A program made the position numbers and the translations under genes. Shown piece by piece: positions 60,931-64,000 of a stretch of DNA of 64,000 nt. Origin of the DNA: an uncultured Clostridia bacterium (GTDB lineage Bacteria > Bacillota > Clostridia > Christensenellales > UBA1242); contig CALVNE010000004.1 in assembly GCA_944349515.1 (NCBI GenBank), positions 2,166 through 66,165 of the forward strand. Direction: 5' to 3'. Each line of letters begins with the position of its first letter. The stretch's first letter is position 1. The notes under the pieces are model-generated. The model was not told the origin of the DNA. It saw only the letters and a program-made list of their open reading frames with translations, and searched no databases.

Positions 60931-63756
60931 ATGAAAAATCAAATTGTAATTAAGGGCGCAAGGGAGAATAATTTAAAGAATGTCAACTTGACCTTGCCAA
61001 GAGATAAGTTTATTGTTTTTACAGGTGTGAGTGGCTCGGGGAAGAGTTCACTTGCGTTTGGCACGATTTTCGCCGAGGGGCAGAGAAAGTATATGGAAAG
61101 CCTTTCCTCATATGCGCGTATGTTCTTAGGTCAAAGTCAAAAGCCAGATGTCGACTCGATTGAGGGGCTTTCGCCGGCAATCTCCATCGACCAAAAGACA
61201 ACCAACCACAATCCGCGCTCCACGGTTGGAACGGTGACGGAGATATACGACTATTTTAGGCTACTTTTTGCAAACATCGGCACGCCGTATTGCCCGAACT
61301 GCCATAAGAAGATTGTGCCACAGACTATCGACCAAATTGTGGATAGCATTAAGGGGTATGGCGAAGGGACAAAGGTTTCTATTTTGGCTCCAGTTGTGCG
61401 CGGACAGAAGGGCACGCAGGCGAAACTTTTTGACAGTTTAAAAAAGAGCGGTTTTACGCGTGTGGAAGTTGATAATTTCACACACTTACTTGACGATGAG
61501 ATAAATCTTGACAAAAACTTGAAGCACAATGTGAGCGTCATCATCGACCGCATAGCGATAAAGGAAGGTAAGGACGCGCGCCTTGCGGGCAGTCTAGAAA
61601 CGGCGTTAAAACTCGCTGACGGACTTGTGATTGCAAAGACTGAAGAAAGGGAAGATTTGTATTCGATAAACTATGCCTGCCCAACTTGTGGCTGGACTCT
61701 TGGAGAACTTACTCCAAGATTATTCTCTTTCAACGCTCCTTATGGCGCTTGCCCAACCTGTTTAGGCTTAGGCTTCAATAGCGACATCGACGAGAATGCG
61801 GTGCTTAAAAACTCCAATCTTTCCATTAATCAAGGCGCTTTCAACCTCACTGGCTGGAAGAGCGAAGAGGGGAGTATGGCGCGAGCCTACTTTGAGGCGC
61901 TATCGCGAAAATATGATATTGATTTGGATACGCCTGTTCGCGATCTATCAAGAGATAAAATTGACATTCTTCTCTATGGAACCAAGGACGACACGATTGA
62001 ACTTGAAGTTTCAAACGATAGGAATAAGCGCTATCTCACCACCACTTTTGAGGGTATTGTAAACAATTTAAGAAGAAGATACAAGGAAACAAACAGCGAG
62101 TGGATTAAGTTTGAGATTGGCAGGTTTATGCGCGAACAGCCATGCGTCTCTTGTCATGGCAAAAGGTTAAACGAAAGTGCGCTGTCGGTTAAAATTGAAG
62201 GCAAGGATATTTACGATTTTTGCAACGAAAGCGTGAAAAACTTAATTCCAATGGTTAAAAATTTATCGTTAAGTAAGGCAAAAGCCGCCATTGCTGAACC
62301 GATTGTGAAAGAGATTTTGAACCGCTTGCAGTTTTTGGAAGATGTTGGGCTTAACTATTTGACATTATCGCGCTCGGCGGACACGCTCTCTGGCGGTGAG
62401 GCGCAGAGAATTAGGCTGGCAACGCAAATTGGCAGTGGCTTAGTCGGCGTGACATACATCTTGGACGAGCCGTCGATTGGATTACACCAACGCGACAATG
62501 AAAAACTCCTTAGAACGCTTAAAAATTTGAAAGATTTAGGAAACACCGTAATTGTGGTTGAGCATGATGAAGACACGATACGTGCGGCGGACTTTCTTGT
62601 GGACGTTGGACCGTACGCTGGCGTGCATGGCGGTGAAATTGTGGCGGCTGGGACTGTCAATGAAGTTATGAAGAACAAAAAGTCGGTCACGGCAAAATTT
62701 TTGCGTGGCGAAGATAAGATTGAAATTCCAACTTCGCGTAGGCAACCAAAGGACTTCATCACCATAAAGGGAGCAAAGGAAAACAACTTAAAGAATATCA
62801 CCGTTAAAATTCCAACTGGCGTGTTCACTGCGGTGACCGGCGTTTCTGGAAGCGGAAAGAGTTCGCTTATCAATCGAATATTGTTTCCATATCTATCTAA
62901 CCAACTTAATAACAGTAAACTTCCGCTTGGCAACTGCTCTAAGATTGAAAATGTGGAGGCAGTTGATAAGGTTATCTGCATTGACCAAGCGCCGATTGGC
63001 AGAACGCCACGAAGTAATCCTGCCACTTACACTGGTGTGTTCACGGCAATTAGAGAACTTTTCGCTTCCACTGTCGACGCTAAGACGAAAGGATATAGCG
63101 CAGGGCGATTCTCTTTCAATGTGAAGGGCGGAAGATGTGAGGCGTGCGAGGGCGCTGGCGTCAAAGAGATTGAGATGTATTTCTTGCCAGACATCACCGT
63201 GCCGTGCGAGGTTTGTAAGGGTAAGCGATATAACCGCGAAACTTTGGAAGTTAAGTATAAGGGCAAGTCGATAAGCGATGTGCTTGATATGACGGTTGAA
63301 GAAGCGCTCAAATTCTTTGAGAACATCCCATCCATTTTGAACAAAATTCAATCACTTTATGATGTTGGGCTTGGCTATATTAAGTTAGGACAGCCGGCAA
63401 CCGAACTTTCGGGCGGTGAGGCGCAAAGAGTGAAACTGGCAACAGAACTCAGTAAACGCGAGACGGGTAAGACGATGTATATCTTGGATGAGCCAACCAC
63501 AGGACTTCATGTTTACGACATCAAAAAGTTGGTGACGATTTTAAATAGGCTTATCGGCACCGGCAACTCGGTTGTTGTGATTGAGCATAACCTTGATGTT
63601 ATAAAGTGCGCCGACTATATCATCGACATGGGTCCAGAAGGCGGAGATGAGGGTGGCACGGTGGTGACCACAGGAACGCCTGAAGAGGTTGCCGAATGTC
63701 AAAAGAGTTACACAGGGCAATTCTTAAAGAAAATTTTAGAAGAAAACAAAAATTGA
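60931..63756 (+). CDS. uvrA: excinuclease ABC subunit A
   Basis: 941 aa. Has two ABC ATPase modules ([12 protein letters not shown] and [20 protein letters not shown] twice) and zinc-finger CxxC pairs. Confidence 0.95.
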   Translation: MKNQIVIKGARENNLKNVNLTLPRDKFIVFTGVSGSGKSSLAFGTIFAEGQRKYMESLSSYARMFLGQSQKPDVDSIEGLSPAISIDQKTTNHNPRSTVGTVTEIYDYFRLLFANIGTPYCPNCHKKIVPQTIDQIVDSIKGYGEGTKVSILAPVVRGQKGTQAKLFDSLKKSGFTRVEVDNFTHLLDDEINLDKNLKHNVSVIIDRIAIKEGKDARLAGSLETALKLADGLVIAKTEEREDLYSINYACPTCGWTLGELTPRLFSFNAPYGACPTCLGLGFNSDIDENAVLKNSNLSINQGAFNLTGWKSEEGSMARAYFEALSRKYDIDLDTPVRDLSRDKIDILLYGTKDDTIELEVSNDRNKRYLTTTFEGIVNNLRRRYKETNSEWIKFEIGRFMREQPCVSCHGKRLNESALSVKIEGKDIYDFCNESVKNLIPMVKNLSLSKAKAAIAEPIVKEILNRLQFLEDVGLNYLTLSRSADTLSGGEAQRIRLATQIGSGLVGVTYILDEPSIGLHQRDNEKLLRTLKNLKDLGNTVIVVEHDEDTIRAADFLVDVGPYAGVHGGEIVAAGTVNEVMKNKKSVTAKFLRGEDKIEIPTSRRQPKDFITIKGAKENNLKNITVKIPTGVFTAVTGVSGSGKSSLINRILFPYLSNQLNNSKLPLGNCSKIENVEAVDKVICIDQAPIGRTPRSNPATYTGVFTAIRELFASTVDAKTKGYSAGRFSFNVKGGRCEACEGAGVKEIEMYFLPDITVPCEVCKGKRYNRETLEVKYKGKSISDVLDMTVEEALKFFENIPSILNKIQSLYDVGLGYIKLGQPATELSGGEAQRVKLATELSKRETGKTMYILDEPTTGLHVYDIKKLVTILNRLIGTGNSVVVIEHNLDVIKCADYIIDMGPEGGDEGGTVVTTGTPEEVAECQKSYTGQFLKKILEENKN

Positions 63757-64000
63757 TAAAAAATGGCGTAAATTTTGCGATTTTTTTGAAAAAAAGTGCA
63801 TTTTTTTTGAAATTTTGCACTAAATTTGCAAAAAAAGTTTAGGAAAGATATTAAAATTTTTTATGGCAAACTTAAATAAATATTGATTTATATAATCAAA
63901 ATTTGAGATTTTGTTTATTAAATTGCTAAAAATTACCACATTTTTAAGATTTTTTGATAGCGAAAATTTTGTTTTAAATACAAATCATTTTGAAAATTTT

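Noticed and set aside
62355-63026. 223-aa minus-strand ORF inside uvrA, plus similar ones at 62893-63351 and 63027-63344
   Set aside because: They are antisense shadows within a highly conserved uvrA reading frame.
1-64000. rRNA, tRNA, tmRNA, riboswitch or CRISPR content
   Set aside because: I saw no tRNA-like T-arm or acceptor signatures, no regularly spaced repeats and no conserved riboswitch cores. The long spacers are low-complexity A/T. A covariance-model scan would be needed to exclude small RNAs.

Overview
This 64-kb chromosomal window comes from a low-GC genome that looks like an endospore-forming Bacillota (Clostridia-like), because it carries spoIIID, a SpoIIQ-like M23 protein, cwlD and whiA. 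The housekeeping backbone is a degenerate glmU-like gene, pth-mfd, acpP, radC, a PHP phosphoesterase, whiA-dnaE-pfkA (joined by ATGA stop/start overlaps), a patatin-like lipase, a ComEC-like MBL protein, a shikimate-kinase-like gene coupled to tkt, a flavin-reductase/rubredoxin fusion, uvrB and uvrA. I saw no rRNA, tRNA or CRISPR array. The dominant feature is one uninterrupted 20,409-nt gene (12789-33197). It encodes a 6,802-residue lipoprotein built from Ig-like repeats, five beta-helix blocks with GLUG-type motifs, a polyglycine-rich tract and a compositionally distinct terminal module. Other notable points follow. (1) A perfect TTGACA-17-TATAAT promoter has a C10 homopolymer filling its spacer, upstream of a surface lipoprotein; this is a candidate phase-variation switch. 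(2) A 2.9-kb AT-rich island sits in the 5' end of cwlD, is bounded and subdivided by three copies of the cwlD start, and carries CPCC-type zinc-ribbon proteins and an HNH-like protein. (3) A module of two divergent HTH genes with three palindromic operators plus a Fic gene is framed by two families of direct repeats and a TTGCCGATA 9-mer array. (4) At about ten genes a -10 element lies 5-9 nt from the ATG with no Shine-Dalgarno, which suggests leaderless mRNAs. (5) A complete 40-codon micro-gene and an edge-truncated ORF are both missing from the supplied ORF track. All functional calls rest on motifs read by eye from the translations; no searches were run.
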